From an uncultured Candidatus Saccharibacteria bacterium (GTDB lineage Bacteria > Patescibacteriota > Minisyncoccia > Phycocordibacterales > UBA2100): DNA of 32,151 nucleotides. The position numbers and the translations under genes are program-made. The DNA is taken from the NCBI GenBank assembly GCA_964373725.1, contig CAYJVW010000001.1, positions 18,192-50,342 of the forward strand. The letters are read 5' to 3'. Under the pieces are notes generated by a model. That model worked only from the letters and a program-made list of their open reading frames with translations, was not told the origin of the DNA and ran no database searches. Below, in pieces: positions 9,971 to 18,116 of the stretch (position 1 is its first letter; the number at the start of each line of letters is the position of its first letter).

Positions 9971-9971
9971 T

Positions 9972-10691
9972 TTACTCCAGCCGATACGCTTGGAAAATCT
10001 CTGTCTCCATATCTCGGACGTATGATCCGAGCCTCTTTTTGTAATTGCCGAAAACGTCTCCGAACAAGTCAGTTGTGAGTACCGAGGGAAAATTTTTCTT
10101 ACCGCAATAGTCGAGGTAACTGCTCCATCGATATTTTGAAAGATCGCCCAGAGCTTTCGCAGTGTTTTTGATCGAACCAGATCGCCATTCTTTCGAACTG
10201 GCATGATGATCAAGAGGATTCAAGTGAATGTAGTGAAGGATATAAAGGAAATGGGCGTCTGTTTCGATCGGGACCTTTTTTGTTCTTCCCTGAAAAAGCG
10301 CCCCGCTTCTCTCGTATCGTTCATTGAAATAATTCGCGTACCCTACGTTGAGTCTCCGAATGAATTGTGTGAGCCCTCCTTCAGTCCGCTCCGAGAGAAG
10401 CAGGTGGTAGTGATTTCCCATCAGGCACCACCCATGCAAATCAACAATCCTTTCCTTTGCTATGTATGGATTTACGAAGTCCATATTTTTTGAGGCCTCC
10501 GCAGTTTTAGGTGATTCAGGATCGGAAGTCTTCGGGCGTTGTGCGAAGCGGTAGCCGACATTGTTTACGAATAACGTATCATTGAATTCCCAGAGATCAT
10601 GCACGAATCGCGCGCGGTCAGCGTCGTCCATGTATATCTTGCGCTTATCGACGCCTCGGTTTAGTACGTGGAATAGCTCGGACATCAACAT
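9972..10691 (-). CDS. REP-associated tyrosine transposase (RAYT; IS200/IS605-like Y1 HUH enzyme)
   Basis: It carries the HUH motif GNHYHLLL and the catalytic Tyr context LHYIHLNPL. The N-terminal FHVLNRGVDKRKIY is typical of COG1943-type proteins. The ORF is flanked on both sides by the same hairpin. Confidence 0.85.
   Translation of the reverse strand: MLMSELFHVLNRGVDKRKIYMDDADRARFVHDLWEFNDTLFVNNVGYRFAQRPKTSDPESPKTAEASKNMDFVNPYIAKERIVDLHGWCLMGNHYHLLLSERTEGGLTQFIRRLNVGYANYFNERYERSGALFQGRTKKVPIETDAHFLYILHYIHLNPLDHHASSKEWRSGSIKNTAKALGDLSKYRWSSYLDYCGKKNFPSVLTTDLFGDVFGNYKKRLGSYVRDMETEIFQAYRLE
10465..10485. repeat. REP hairpin copy located in frame inside the RAYT ORF
   Basis: TATGGATTT-ACG-AAGTCCATA differs from the flanking copies by one stem substitution. 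On the - strand it encodes NMDFVNPY. Confidence 0.65.
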
Positions 10692-10694
10692 AGT

Positions 10695-10721
10695 ATATAT
10701 GGACTTACGAAGTCCATATAT
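10695..10721. repeat. REP hairpin, extended 12 bp stem (ATATATGGACTT-ACG-AAGTCCATATAT)
   Basis: Perfect palindrome 3 nt upstream of the RAYT start and about 20 nt upstream of dnaG. Confidence 0.75.
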
Positions 10722-10741
10722 CGAACTGGGGATAGCACATA

Positions 10742-12487
10742 ATGATAGGCATGGCGTCGGATACGGTGCAACAAATAAAGGATAGACTCTCGATTCAGGA
10801 TGTAGTGTCCGGATATGTGAAATTGGAGCGCGCAGGGTCGGCGTGGCGGGCGAGGTGTCCGTTCCATGCCGAACGGACGCCGTCGTTTTTCGTCTCGCCC
10901 GAGCGGGGGACCTACCATTGTTTCGGTTGCGGCGTGGGCGGGGATATTTTCTCGTTCATTCAGGCAATCGAGGGATTGGATTTTAAAGGTGCATTGAAGA
11001 TTCTTGCAGAGAGAGCGGGGGTGAAAATAGAATACCGCGGCAAACGAGAGAATACGGACGATAGAGACAGACTCTTTGAACTTTTGGAAGCGGCGACGAT
11101 TTTCTACCAGAACAAGCTCGATGATACTGCGCGCGAGTATTTGAAAAAAAGGGGTGTAACTGTCTCGACAGTGAGTTCGTTCCGTCTTGGCCTTGCGGGC
11201 GACGCGTGGAGCGATGCGTCAGAATATCTTAAAGAGAAGAAATATACAGAGCGCGAGATACTCGACGCAGGGCTCGCGAAAAAAAGCGAACGGGGAAGCC
11301 TCATCGATAAGTTCCGCAATCGCATCATGTTTCCGATAGCCGATAGCGCCGGCCGCATTATCGGTTTTTCCGGCCGCATCTTTGGCGAGAAAGCATCGCC
11401 TGATGCGCCCAAGTATTTGAATTCTCCCGAGACACCGCTCTTTCAAAAGTCTCGCATTCTCTACGGCTTCGATCGGGCCAAACAATCAATTCGCAAACAT
11501 AATTTTGCCGTCCTCGTGGAAGGACAGATGGATCTCTTGGCTTCACATCAGGCCGGATGGGGGAACACGGTTGCTGTTTCGGGGACTGCGTTTACACCAC
11601 AGCATGCAGCTTTGGTCAAGCGAATGGCAGAAAACCTCGTGCTTGCGCTTGATGCGGACGAAGCGGGTATCAAGGCTGCGGGGCGAGCGGCTCGTGCTGC
11701 GCTTGTGGAGGGACTGAACGTCAAAGTTGCCGCGCTTCCGAGGGGTACGGATCCAGCGGATCTGATTTTGAAAGAAGGTGCCGAGAAGTGGCGCGAGGCC
11801 ATCCGCGATGCGAAAGACATCATAACGTTTCTCTTGGATGTGTTGCAGGAACATCTGCCTGCGCCGCCGGGTGCGTTGCGGCAGGCAGGTGCGCCGCAGC
11901 GCGATAAATTCCGTCGGCTGGTCGAAGCAGCCGTGCTCCCATTTCTTTCTGATGTGCAAAGTCCTATCGCGAGAGAACAATACCTTCGAGAGATCGCAGG
12001 GCGGCTCGGAGTGCCGGAAAAAGCCGTGGCCGATGCGCTCGCGAAGTTGCCGCAAGGTTCGTATCAGGATCTCGCGGCTCCAGCGAAGTCCGCGCGCCCC
12101 TCCTCCCTCGGCTTTGGAAGGGCAAAGCAGGCTTTCTCGATACTACTCTGGCAGGAGTCGCAGCAGAAAGCGCTTCTTGATGTATCAGTGTTTGAACAGG
12201 AGTTAATGTACGCGCTGGGCAAAGATGCATTTAGCTTGATGCGCAAAGCATCCGAAGATGAACAGGAAGCCATGCGCTTTCTTGCCGAGAAGCAATACGC
12301 AAAAAGTGCGACACTAAAGCGCGAGGCGAAAGCGCTTCTGGACGTGCTTCTTAAAGAGCGGCTTTCGCAGGAGCTGAAGGACGCATCGGCAGAGTTGAAA
12401 CGGGCAGAAGCGGATGGCGATGAGAAGAGCGCCGAGCGGTTTATGGAGCGCTGCAAATTACTAACGGCAGAAATTGCCAAACTCTAG
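10742..12487 (+). CDS. dnaG: DNA primase
   Basis: It has a CHC2 zinc finger (CPFHAERTPSFFVSPERGTYHCFGCGVGGD), the RNA polymerase core and TOPRIM (VLVEGQMDLL, LALDADEAG). The start could instead be the ATG at 10751. Confidence 0.93.
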   Translation: MIGMASDTVQQIKDRLSIQDVVSGYVKLERAGSAWRARCPFHAERTPSFFVSPERGTYHCFGCGVGGDIFSFIQAIEGLDFKGALKILAERAGVKIEYRGKRENTDDRDRLFELLEAATIFYQNKLDDTAREYLKKRGVTVSTVSSFRLGLAGDAWSDASEYLKEKKYTEREILDAGLAKKSERGSLIDKFRNRIMFPIADSAGRIIGFSGRIFGEKASPDAPKYLNSPETPLFQKSRILYGFDRAKQSIRKHNFAVLVEGQMDLLASHQAGWGNTVAVSGTAFTPQHAALVKRMAENLVLALDADEAGIKAAGRAARAALVEGLNVKVAALPRGTDPADLILKEGAEKWREAIRDAKDIITFLLDVLQEHLPAPPGALRQAGAPQRDKFRRLVEAAVLPFLSDVQSPIAREQYLREIAGRLGVPEKAVADALAKLPQGSYQDLAAPAKSARPSSLGFGRAKQAFSILLWQESQQKALLDVSVFEQELMYALGKDAFSLMRKASEDEQEAMRFLAEKQYAKSATLKREAKALLDVLLKERLSQELKDASAELKRAEADGDEKSAERFMERCKLLTAEIAKL

Positions 12488-12828
12488 AAGCTCCTGTTTT
12501 CTCAAAAATGCGGGTGTGGTGCTACGTTATGCACATGAATATCCTCACAGTATCCCCTGATTTGCGCTAGAAAATCCGATTGCTAGATTTGACAAAATGG
12601 TGTAGAGTGTGGCGCTCAACCGCTACGGGAAGGCGGTAGTTGTGGGTTGTTGCCAATTTTCTCTAATTAATACATACGCACGGAGATCGATATGCACGGT
12701 AGGACAATTTCGAATCACTCACCATGAATATTCGCCAGCTACTGGTAAGAGAGATATCAAAAGAGGTTTTTCTTGGGAAGGTCGTTGTCACAACGCAAAA
12801 GAATAATTCGAAATTGTACTAACCGGGT

Positions 12829-14094
12829 ATGGAAAAAAAAACCAAAGTAAAGAAAAAGAAACGGACGAACAAGCGCGTATCTCGCGCCACTCGACGCTCG
12901 GTGCGCACCAGGAAAAAGCGCGGAGAGCGCAACATTATCCGAAGGACGGCGCTCATGAAATCCCGCCGCGACCTTCCGAGGGTCCGTGGCACATCGCATC
13001 CATATGTGAGTTCGAGAGGAAAGAAAGATGCGAAAGTTGAGGCGCTCATTAATCTTGGCCGTGAACGTGGATACATTACCTTCGACGAAATTCTGCGTGA
13101 GTTCCCGACGATCGAAGACGATGTCTTGCTCTTGGAAGAGATGTACGAGCGATTTGGCACCGCTGGTATCGATGTCTTAGAGAGCGGCAACATGCTTGAA
13201 GAAGGATCGGCTGAAAATGTGCTTGAAAAAAAGAAATTGCAGAATCGCCGGTCAGACAGTTCGTACGATTCCGTCCAGATGTATCTCCGCGAAATCGGTC
13301 AGTACCCGCTTCTGAACGCCGTACAGGAGAGGGAACTCGCCAAACGAATTCTTTTGGCAGACGAAGAAGCGAGAAGCATTCTCGCGCGCTCAAACTTGCG
13401 TCTTGTAGTTTCTATCGCGAAAAAATATGTGAACCGCTCGCCGGACTTGACACTTCTTGATTTGATCCAGGAGGGGAATCTCGGTCTTTTCAAAGCAGTC
13501 GACAAATTCGACCACACCAAAGGATTCAAGTTTTCTACCTACGCAACCTGGTGGATTCGCCAGGCGATTACGCGCGCCTTGGCTGACCAATCCCGCACAA
13601 TTCGCATTCCTGTGCACATGGTGGAAACTATCGCGAAATACAAGCAGAAAGTGCGTGAACTCTCGCAGCACTTGGGTCGTGATCCGCTTCCCGAAGAGAT
13701 CGCTGCGGAGATGGGCCTAGAAGTCGAGAAAATCTATACCATCCAGAAGATAAGCCAAGATACGGTCTCGCTCGAGTCTCCTGTCGGCGAGGACGACGAC
13801 GAGCGCTCGACGCTAGGCAGCTTCATCGCAGACGAAACAATCGCAACGCCCGATCAGGACGCATCTCGCCGTATTCTCGGCGAGCAAATGGGTGCAATTT
13901 TGGACGAGCTATCCCCAAAGGAGCGAAAGATTCTCGAAATGCGAAATGGTCTCACCGAAGATGGCGTCTGCTACACGCTCGAAGAAGTCGGCCGCGAATT
14001 CGGCGTGACACGCGAGCGCATTCGCCAAATCGAAGCAAAAGCTCTGGAGCGCATCCGATTGCACGAAAGAGCGCGGCAGTTGAGGAGCTATTAG
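12829..14094 (+). CDS. rpoD: RNA polymerase sigma factor, sigma-70 (RpoD) family
   Basis: Region 2 ([40 protein letters not shown]), region 3 and region 4.2 ([24 protein letters not shown]) are present. It forms a dnaG-rpoD pair. The N-terminal ~60 aa are extremely basic, and an alternative start at M44 (12958) is possible. Confidence 0.93.
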   Translation: MEKKTKVKKKKRTNKRVSRATRRSVRTRKKRGERNIIRRTALMKSRRDLPRVRGTSHPYVSSRGKKDAKVEALINLGRERGYITFDEILREFPTIEDDVLLLEEMYERFGTAGIDVLESGNMLEEGSAENVLEKKKLQNRRSDSSYDSVQMYLREIGQYPLLNAVQERELAKRILLADEEARSILARSNLRLVVSIAKKYVNRSPDLTLLDLIQEGNLGLFKAVDKFDHTKGFKFSTYATWWIRQAITRALADQSRTIRIPVHMVETIAKYKQKVRELSQHLGRDPLPEEIAAEMGLEVEKIYTIQKISQDTVSLESPVGEDDDERSTLGSFIADETIATPDQDASRRILGEQMGAILDELSPKERKILEMRNGLTEDGVCYTLEEVGREFGVTRERIRQIEAKALERIRLHERARQLRSY

Positions 14095-14465
14095 CTCGCC
14101 TCGCACGTTTCAAAACGACGGTTCCGGCGAGGCACGACTCGGCTCTGCTCCAGGCCGCTAGACCAAGTCTTACAACCTCGCTGTGCCCCGCCGTCCCCGT
14201 TTCGCGTTTTGAAACGTACTGGCCAGACGCGACGTCGCCACTCCTTACAGGAGCAGTACACCCTGCGGATTCTTCCTTCGCGAATACGCTCGGAACAATC
14301 TCGCAGGGTCTTGCGGGCGCTCATCCGCGCCCTCACCTCCCGAGGCTTTCCGAAACGCCAGTCCTCGACGAGTTTCTTTATCGATTGATGTAAAAAAGTA
14401 GATGTTGAAAAAGGAATGGTCGTACTGACCATGCATTTCTACTCTCAATTCCGTTGAGATTGTCG

Positions 14466-15419
14466 TTAACCGTGGAAATATTTACCATATTTTTGCGCAA
14501 GCGTTCGATATGCGTCGGTATAAACGGCAACTTTATCTTCACGAGTTTTTATGTTTTTCCAATTTCCCTTGTCTCGAACATATTGTTTACGAAATACCAG
14601 TCCGTACTCTCCATTGTGGCCGAATTCATTTTTAGCGTCAGGGTAGCCTGCGACGAATCTTCCAGCAATTCCCGGAGCTAGTTCGATTTCCCCGCTTGCT
14701 TTAGGTTGTCTAAGACTTGTTCCGAGATCTTGTGACAGGCGATTTGCCCATTTCATGATCATTTTCCGCGAGCCGAAAAAAACGGTGAATGCCTTACCTT
14801 CGCTTTCATCGCCTCCGGATAAATATTTATGTGTGTAATTATTTTGTTTCAAGTATTCGGACACGCGCTGCGCATCTTGCGGTTCGACATCTAGATGAAT
14901 TTTCCAACCTGTCGCTTCATCTCCGCTCGGATAATCACATTTCGCACTCTCTGGGTTTGATTTGGCGTACTGTTCGCCATCATGGCCGTATGGAGCAAGT
15001 GCTTTTTTATATTCTTCCTCAGGATGTCCTGGATTTTGCGGAAGAGAAGTGGAGAGTGTTGGATTTTCTGCTGTGGCTATGAGTTCATCCATCGTAACAA
15101 GCTTGCCTTTCTCTCCGCGTACAGCTAACTGCATGTTTCCGGTCTCGTGCTCTCTTTCTTGGCCGTCTGTACCCACAACTCGAATACGTAGCGGTTGACC
15201 AACTACTGCTTGCGTGGGGATTTTAACAATAGCGCCGACACTTTTGCCGTCATGAGTCCACAGTGTTCGCACTGTTCGATCCGCATCGGTTTCTGCGATA
15301 ATTTCACCCTTCATTGCGCCTTTTTCAGTGCGCAAATATATCTCCTCCTTAGGTTCATTTATTCTTTCTGTGCCCTGCTTCATCTCAGACATGGAGAAAG
15401 TATACCTCGGCAAGGACAA
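14466..15419 (-). CDS. Hypothetical protein; the C-terminal half has a possible OspF/SpvC/HopAI1-like (phosphothreonine lyase / LanKC lyase-domain) fold
   Basis: The 317 aa ORF has clean coding character. The motif string GWKIHLDV ... THKYLSGG ... GKAFTVFFG parallels SpvC GDKFHISV ... DKWKV ... GAQFTLYI. The functional call is low confidence. An alternative start is at 15392. Confidence 0.6.
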   Translation of the reverse strand: MSLPRYTFSMSEMKQGTERINEPKEEIYLRTEKGAMKGEIIAETDADRTVRTLWTHDGKSVGAIVKIPTQAVVGQPLRIRVVGTDGQEREHETGNMQLAVRGEKGKLVTMDELIATAENPTLSTSLPQNPGHPEEEYKKALAPYGHDGEQYAKSNPESAKCDYPSGDEATGWKIHLDVEPQDAQRVSEYLKQNNYTHKYLSGGDESEGKAFTVFFGSRKMIMKWANRLSQDLGTSLRQPKASGEIELAPGIAGRFVAGYPDAKNEFGHNGEYGLVFRKQYVRDKGNWKNIKTREDKVAVYTDAYRTLAQKYGKYFHG

Positions 15420-15445
15420 TCAATGATCCGCGGGACGATGATTAA

Positions 15446-15474
15446 TTGACAGTACTGATTGATATGATTACTAT
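15446..15474 (+). promoter_or_regulatory. Sigma-70-like promoter giving a leaderless or near-leaderless antitoxin mRNA
   Basis: TTGACA (15446..15451), a 17 nt spacer and TACTAT (15469..15474), with the ATG at 15481. TGATTR words occur at 15439, 15456 and 15465 and are possible operator half-sites. Confidence 0.45.
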
Positions 15475-15480
15475 AGTTGC

Positions 15481-15729
15481 ATGAGTTCAAATAATAAGAC
15501 AGTTTCGGCGATGGAGGCTCGCAGACGCTTCGGCGAGATCATGAATCGTGTCGCCTTGAGGGGCGAGAAATTCACCGTGGAACGCGCAGGTAAGCCCTTG
15601 GTGCGCATTGTTCCATTTAATGCAGAATCATTTAATTCGAATGATCCCTTTGAAAATCCATTTGCAACATTCACAGAGTGGAACGAACCCGCTGATGATA
15701 TCTACAATGATCTTTTGAAAAAGAAGTAA
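15481..15729 (+). CDS. Type II antitoxin, Phd/YefM family
   Basis: The N-terminus TVSAMEARRRFGEIMNRVALRGEKFTVERAGKPLVRIVP fits the Phd/YefM pattern. It is 82 aa and lies 3 nt upstream of the toxin ORF. Confidence 0.8.
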   Translation: MSSNNKTVSAMEARRRFGEIMNRVALRGEKFTVERAGKPLVRIVPFNAESFNSNDPFENPFATFTEWNEPADDIYNDLLKKK

Positions 15730-15732
15730 GGT

Positions 15733-16086
15733 ATGCGTGATGTGCACAGAAGGGACGTTGTGGTTACTCTCTTTCCCTTCGCCGACCAACAAAAAGCAAA
15801 GGTTCGTCCTGTAGTCGTGTATGCAGGACCATGGTTTGTCGAAGATTTTTCCGTCTGTTGGGTGCTGATGATTACGAGCGCTAGGCGAAAGCGATGGCCA
15901 GGCGATATCAATATTGCCGATATTGCAGCCGCCGCTTTGCCGGGTGATTCTGTAGTAAGAGTACGCAAGATAGCCTGCATCGATACTCGCAACATCGTGC
16001 AAAAACTAGGCGCGCTAGACAAAACAACATGGAGCGCGGTGCAGAAGGCATTCGACGACTCGTTCCAGAGAAGTCGGCATAGATAA
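15733..16086 (+). CDS. Type II toxin, MazF/PemK family endoribonuclease
   Basis: RRDVVVTLFPFADQQKAKVRPVVV and a C-terminal VRVRKIACIDTRNIVQKLGAL match the PemK-like SH3-barrel pattern. Confidence 0.8.
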   Translation: MRDVHRRDVVVTLFPFADQQKAKVRPVVVYAGPWFVEDFSVCWVLMITSARRKRWPGDINIADIAAAALPGDSVVRVRKIACIDTRNIVQKLGALDKTTWSAVQKAFDDSFQRSRHR

Positions 16087-16090
16087 TTAT

Positions 16091-16858
16091 GTGTCAGCGA
16101 ATCTATTTTTTAATGCGATAGTTATGACAACGCAATTTATTTTCGGACGCCATGCGGTTTTGGCGCTTCTCAAATCAGCGCCTGAAAGAATCCAGGTGCT
16201 TTTTCTCTCTACCGGTACCGAGCACGAATTCAAGCCGCTCGCGCACAAGCACGGCATTCGCATCGAAGAGATGAATCGTAAGCTCGCGCAAGAACTGGGG
16301 GGCGCAGTGCATCAGGGAATTGTCGCGCGAGTGGCAACAAGCGGGCTCGTCCAAGACTACGCGGAGTTTATGAGCAAGTTAGAGACGACTGCTTCGACCG
16401 CGCTCGTCTTGCTCAACAAAATTACTGATCCGCACAATGTCGGTGCAATCATCCGCTCTGCCGCGGCGTTCGGCGCGGCGGCAGTTTTACTTCCTGCGTA
16501 CAACCAGGCTCCTATCACCGGAGCAGTCGCAAAGGCATCGGCCGGCATGGTGTTCACGATTCCGATTGTCGGAATCGGTAACGAGAACCAAACCATTCTA
16601 GATCTCAAGACGCGCAAGTTCTGGGTCTATGGTCTGGACGCGGAAGGGAAGAACGAGCTCTCGAAGGAGAAATTCGACGCTCCGGCGGTCTTCGTCATCG
16701 GCAGCGAAGCGGAGGGCATGCGCCAAAAAACTCGCGAGCATTGCGACATTTTGCTTCGCGTCCCCATGCATTCCCGCGCAGAATCGTTAAATGCTTCGGT
16801 ATCAGCTGGTGTTGTTTTATCTCACTGGAGCGCACAGCATCCCGAAGCCCTCCGATAA
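16091..16858 (+). CDS. SpoU/TrmH-family RNA 2'-O-methyltransferase (RlmB-like)
   Basis: It has an N-terminal substrate-binding domain (GRHAVLALL, HQGIVA) and SPOUT motifs (DPHNVGAIIRSAAAFGA, VIGSEAEGM, SLNASVSAGVVL). The ORF track start is GTG at 16091; ATG at 16124 is equally plausible. Confidence 0.85.
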   Translation: MSANLFFNAIVMTTQFIFGRHAVLALLKSAPERIQVLFLSTGTEHEFKPLAHKHGIRIEEMNRKLAQELGGAVHQGIVARVATSGLVQDYAEFMSKLETTASTALVLLNKITDPHNVGAIIRSAAAFGAAAVLLPAYNQAPITGAVAKASAGMVFTIPIVGIGNENQTILDLKTRKFWVYGLDAEGKNELSKEKFDAPAVFVIGSEAEGMRQKTREHCDILLRVPMHSRAESLNASVSAGVVLSHWSAQHPEALR

Positions 16859-16941
16859 CGGCTTTTGCATCTATCCAATTAATCCTTATTTGCTAATTCA
16901 ATTGACTGCAAATAAAGTTGTAATATCATGGGCAAACAGAA

Positions 16942-17568
16942 TCAGTTCAGATGTTCTAAAATCGCTTGGAAATTTTTGAAACAATAGTCTGCCTTGCTTG
17001 ACTCTTTCCAGAGCAGGCCGGTTACGATTCCGACCTGTTTCGCGGGTAGAAGGTCTTTATGGACGTCATCACCGATGTAGAGAATTTCTGACGGTTTTGC
17101 TTTGGATAGTTCGATCATTTTGTGAAATCCGTCCAGCGCGGGTTTCGGGTTTTTTACGGTTTCGGGACCGAGAATGTGCGTGAACCATTTCGTGTCGATT
17201 CCTAACGCAGGCAGAATTATATTGAGCTTGTTGTTCGAGAAAATAGACACTGGCAGCCTGTCTTTTAAGTGATTGATGACGTCGGGAATATTTTCGTCAG
17301 CAAGAGTATACAACTCGTGCGGGTCTACGACGGCGATGCTATCCGCCAAATGTCCGGCAGGCAGTCCCAGCGATGCGAAGACAGCGGAATTGCTCTTATG
17401 CTTTTTTAGCGTCTCGGCAAATTCTTGTTTCAATGCCTCATTATTCTCTTTCCTGACGGCCTTTGCATAGGATGAGTAAAGAATTGCGTTATACACCTCT
17501 CGATTGATATGCGCGATTGTATCGCTAAAGTCGAACCAGATGTGTTTGATAGTTGCTGCTTTGCTCAT
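16942..17568 (-). CDS. HAD-superfamily hydrolase (subfamily IA-like)
   Basis: Motif I region is WFDFSDTI, where the second Asp position reads Ser. Motif IV is YIGDDVHKD. The cap-domain length is typical of HAD-IA. Confidence 0.78.
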   Translation of the reverse strand: MSKAATIKHIWFDFSDTIAHINREVYNAILYSSYAKAVRKENNEALKQEFAETLKKHKSNSAVFASLGLPAGHLADSIAVVDPHELYTLADENIPDVINHLKDRLPVSIFSNNKLNIILPALGIDTKWFTHILGPETVKNPKPALDGFHKMIELSKAKPSEILYIGDDVHKDLLPAKQVGIVTGLLWKESSKADYCFKNFQAILEHLN

Positions 17569-17590
17569 ATCTTCTGAGGCAGGAGTTAAA

Positions 17591-18022
17591 TTACAAATTT
17601 TTCCTCAGTTCGGCAAGAATTGTTTGTAATATTTCCGGAGATTCGATTCGGTCATTTTCGGAGCCTCGAAGATAGTGGTATCCGAAATTTGGGTCCTCAA
17701 ACGTTTTTCCCGCGACTTTTACCGGCGCGTCGTATCTCGGGCGAAAATGCCAGTGTACCTGTGGTTCAGGCGGGGAATTTTGGTACGCGTTGTTCATGAG
17801 ACAGGTCCAATTGAACATTGTTGCTCCAAAAGTCTTCCGGCACAGGGTTTCTAACTTGCGGACAAGCGCAAGAAAGTCGATCATTTCGTCCTCGGTTGTT
17901 TCCGCTAAGTCTCCGCATTTTCTATTTAAAACGACGACGCACCTACCCAAATATGCTTGTTCATCCATTAATATCACTTTCCAATACGGTGTTGCAAAAA
18001 GCGTATATGAATCCGATCTCAT
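17591..18022 (-). CDS. HIT-family (histidine triad) protein
   Basis: It has a HIT-like core with the VHWHFRPRY triad region, and LGRCVVVLNR and EEMIDFLALV blocks typical of HIT hydrolases. Confidence 0.75.
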   Translation of the reverse strand: MRSDSYTLFATPYWKVILMDEQAYLGRCVVVLNRKCGDLAETTEDEMIDFLALVRKLETLCRKTFGATMFNWTCLMNNAYQNSPPEPQVHWHFRPRYDAPVKVAGKTFEDPNFGYHYLRGSENDRIESPEILQTILAELRKNL

Positions 18023-18116
18023 ATTGGGGCAATGCTATACCCACAGATACAAGCGGTCTAGACGTATCTCGTGGGGCAAGTCTCGTGCAAGGGGAGTCAA
18101 TTTTCTACGTAGGACT

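Larger units (their letters stand above)
9703..10721. mobile_element. RAYT locus: Y1/HUH transposase plus wHTH ORF embedded in a cluster of REP hairpins
   Basis: There are five copies of the hairpin ATGGACTT-ACG-AAGTCCAT or variants: 9703..9723, 9730..9750 (degenerate, inverted), 9950..9970, 10465..10485 and 10695..10721. Confidence 0.7.

Noticed and set aside
14091-14432. 113 aa - strand ORF in the rpoD-downstream spacer
   Set aside because: It is extremely Arg-rich, overlaps the rpoD stop and has no family resemblance. The region is better explained as GC-rich non-coding or structured sequence (reported as a finding).
17790-18116. N-terminal 109 codons of the ORF-track nuclease ORF
   Set aside because: They overlap the HIT gene on the opposite strand and read as low-complexity sequence. 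Conserved nuclease sequence begins after ATG 18117/18198.
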